Of a DNA stretch of 64,000 bases, positions 60,901 through 64,000 are shown piece by piece. The stretch is from Takakia lepidozioides (Eukaryota; Plantae; Bryophyta). Under the pieces are notes generated by a model that searched no databases, was not told the origin of the DNA, and worked only from the letters and a program-made list of their open reading frames with translations. Numbering within the stretch: the stretch's first letter is position 1; the number at the start of each line of letters is the position of its first letter. Position numbers and translations under genes: made by a program. The stretch is taken from NCBI GenBank assembly GCA_030704615.1, contig CM060734.1, positions 7,812,001 to 7,876,000 of the forward strand. The letters run 5' to 3'.

Positions 60901-63861
60901 CGCAACAGAACGTACTATAAGACATTGTTTGCCGTAGCCTTGTGTCCATAGACCCCGCGGGCAGTTTGGACAGAACACAGCACAAGAGAACACTAGGCAG
61001 GTGAGTACATCAGTAGTGATCCCCTAGGCACACCTATCCTTTGACAATAGTGAAAAAATTCCAGTAACTAAATATGAAACTTTGTTTGAGAAAATCTTCA
61101 TCACAAACTCAGCGTTCTTAATGAAAATTTGTGCATATCTATCCAAAACAAGCTCTCCACAAGCTCTCCACAAATTAAAAGGACGGGTCTATCTTACCTG
61201 CAGACTCCCACGCATCTGAAGACGGCAACCTGATACTATATCCTCTTCAGTGACCACGGGGTTCACATTATCCCGTGAAATAGCCAACAGTAGTGCACTG
61301 ACGAGTGCATTCTTGATGTAGCCACCCGTCAACTCATACCTAATTCCATATCAGTCATGCTGAGCTCAGAAATTAAGGAGTGACTAGAACTTTTCAATGC
61401 ATGACAAGAATGATCAACGACAAAGATGAATCAGTATCTAAAATGAGTTAAACATGTATTGCATGCAAAGACCCTGATTTACCTCAGGGCAATCTTTTCC
61501 CAATCAATAATTTCAGTGACTGGCAATCGCTCTGACGCCAGCTTCCAAATCTCACGACGCTGGGTATGATCCGGGGGGTGGAATTCACTCACACACCTGC
61601 CAAACAGATACAAGAAACTTCTCAAGAAACTTTCTAATCAAACCATTTCCCTGTCAGGCACCCTGCCTCTGCCTTCATTTCATTATTAGTAGAGTAACAA
61701 ATTTCTTTCTTCTCTCTTCAGATCCCTCCCACTCTCCTCTGCACAAAGACAACACACAGAAGCAAAGAGAATTCACTCAGATGCAAAGCATACGTTATCC
61801 GCCGATGCATAGCCTCATCCAAATCCAATGGACGGTTTGTGGCCAGCATTATGATACCCTCATGCCGCTCCATCTCCGTCAGTAGCGAGTTGAGCATTCT
61901 ATCACCCCCACGCTCTCTCTGTTCACTCCAACCCACAGATAATGCAGATAATCATTACAATTCCTCGATAAATTTCACAAAGATATATAGCCAATCCATG
62001 ATTATATCATATGGTGGAGACTACTGAGCTTGGACTAGGAGACAAATGCTACCTCAAGGTTATGCAACAAATGGCAGCAAAACATTCTACCCAACTACAC
62101 AACTTTCCCTTTTGTTTGTCCTCAAATTTGAATCCTTCAGAGGCCTCTAAATTCCCTTTCACAAAAAGCCAGGCAAAAATGATGTCACCTGTCGTATTGA
62201 CTGGCCATCTGGAATTGCACGACACAAACCTGAGCAAAAATAGCTTCACATTCATCAAAGAAAATGATTGCATCATTCATATCCGCATCCCTAAAGAGTC
62301 CACGAAGGTCTGAGGAGTGGTCATCACGGCTGCTTCCCCCTGCTGGTGTGTGTAGTGAATGGAAATCCACAAGGAGAACCCGCTTGCCTGTAACACCCAA
62401 AATGCTTCAAAAACTCCTTATCCAAGAAGAGGCAATCACATGAGGTAGACACAAGAGGAGTGCACCATGGACAATGTATGGTAGTATCCATAGAAATATG
62501 CATGACTGGATTCAGACCCAAAAGCTGCTTCAAGCTTAGCCTTCAAAGCACCCATCAAAACGATTCTAACAGCAGAGAGCAATTTTGTGAAGTGTGACTT
62601 CTTATCATGCAATAGATTGAGAGTCACCCAGATGATGTGCCACCGCATTGACAGTCATGGTCTTTCCAGTGCCTGAGGCCCCACACAGCATGATCACCAA
62701 GCCAGTGCCATAACTCATTATGTCCTCCAGACCTGCCCGCTTCCTGTACTGCCGGAACTTGGCAAAGTTGTCCACAGTTTTCAAAAGCATATCCTTTTGC
62801 TCTTCGGGCAACACCACCTGATCCATAGCAACCTGCAAATCACACAGACGATTTTGAGGGGGTGGCCAAGAAATTCCTTTAAAATCTTAGCTATGAATGC
62901 TAGCGTACACGGCCAAGCTAGTAACAACAAGAAACAAAGGGAAGGTAACAGCAGTAGACCTTGGGCTTATAAAGATGGCTGCCCTCAACAAGCTCATTCA
63001 TCTCTGTATCAAGGCCCACAATCCAATCAAGCATACGGCGGTCAAGCTCAACTTGCTGGTCCATTAAGTCTCCCCCACCACGTGTGTAAGAAGCTCGCAT
63101 CTTGATCAACCCCCTTGCCACCAGCTTGCTCGACTTGTAGAAGTATGTGCGAGCTAGCACCTAAAAACACATGCAATCAACTGTATTAGTAACACCAAGA
63201 AATACTAAGGTGGTGATACCAGGACATGGTTTTCGTATTGATACATGGACAAACTCAAGCACGCAGAAATTCATCGGCCACGAGAACAACCCTCCAAGGC
63301 AGTAGCACTTCCAATCCAACAGTACAATGCTATTTCCACTGATCTTGGACAGTATTTACATACAACTGGCATTCAGTGGGCCAACATTTCAATATTGAAC
63401 ACCTCTGATGAACTCAAAGAGAAGTCACCAAGAAAACATAAACAAAACTTAAGTAGCTATTTATCAAAAATATCCCAACAGCTGTGAACAGGTCATAAAT
63501 AACACCTAAATCTGTGTGATAGCTCAAGTCAGCAATGAAGCACCTGCTCTTTGAAAGACTCGAAGTAGACTATCAAAATGTCTTTCACCTGGATCAACAA
63601 ACAAGCGCTACAAATGAGAGATGAAACTTTACACGTTGCCATGATACTAGAGGCCAAGACTGCAGCTGTTAGATGTGAACAGATGTTCCATAATAGAAAG
63701 TCAAAGAGCACTTTTTACTCCTTTTTTTAGCAGTGATGAATTACATTGCTACAATACACAAGAATACAATATTACCTGGACCGCTTCACTACTGCGCCGA
63801 TAGCTACCATCTCCATTTTCTGCTTCAAAGATGCTCTTAACGACCGGCGATATGGAAATAG
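57979..63861 (-). CDS. Multi-exon AAA+ ATPase with two AAA modules (5' end probably beyond the window)
   Basis: Module 1: Walker A GASGTGKT (exon 62832-62628), Walker B IIFFDECE, LLTEMERHEG..MLATNRP.DLDEAMHRRI. Module 2: GSHGTGKS and VLVLEDF. Last exon 58101-57979 ends EIMLRAFL*. Confidence 0.85.
58805..59335 (-). mobile_element. LINE endonuclease fragment in an intron of the AAA gene
   Basis: FTWSTNR...MARLDRFYIS...FDHAAI...FKMNPTIL, homologous to LINE ORF2 at ~32900-33310. Confidence 0.85.
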
Positions 63862-64000
63862 CTGCCATTACCGTTACAGAGGATTAAAAAACAAACAAGC
63901 ACCTTATAGCCTGCAGATAAGAGTACTTATTCAGACATCAAGAAACAGAACCACACAGAATCCATCAATCAAATACTGAGAATTCCTGCAATGAGAAGCT

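Overview
Eukaryotic plant DNA, probably from a non-seed land plant with flagellated sperm (inferred from PLS-class PPR remnants, spliced genes and a MORN3-like gene). The first ~47 kb is a nest of transposable elements. The last ~16 kb holds three spliced host genes: a RING-H2 E3 ligase, a MORN-repeat gene that appears broken, and a double-AAA ATPase. The main feature is a Ty3/Gypsy-like retroelement family present in three decayed copies: A (<1-6390, +), B (7857-15966, -) and C (35932-45568, +). The consensus domain order is Gag - aspartic protease - DNMT3-like C5 cytosine methyltransferase - stop codon - RT - RNase H - DDE integrase - PHD finger. The stop is conserved in all three copies in a TMV-type readthrough context (TAG/TAA CAA CCA). 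The one copy with both ends (C) lacks ordinary LTRs. It has split direct repeats A1...B1-gc-A2-B2 with TGTC...GACA termini, a 4-bp TSD and an internal palindromic end-to-end junction. Also present: an L1/Tx1-type LINE interrupted by copy C and a MITE, two other Gypsy fragments, a tandem array of a PPR fragment, PPR pseudogene remnants, and a fold-back DNA transposon in a bidirectional promoter. All calls are by eye; no database searches were run.
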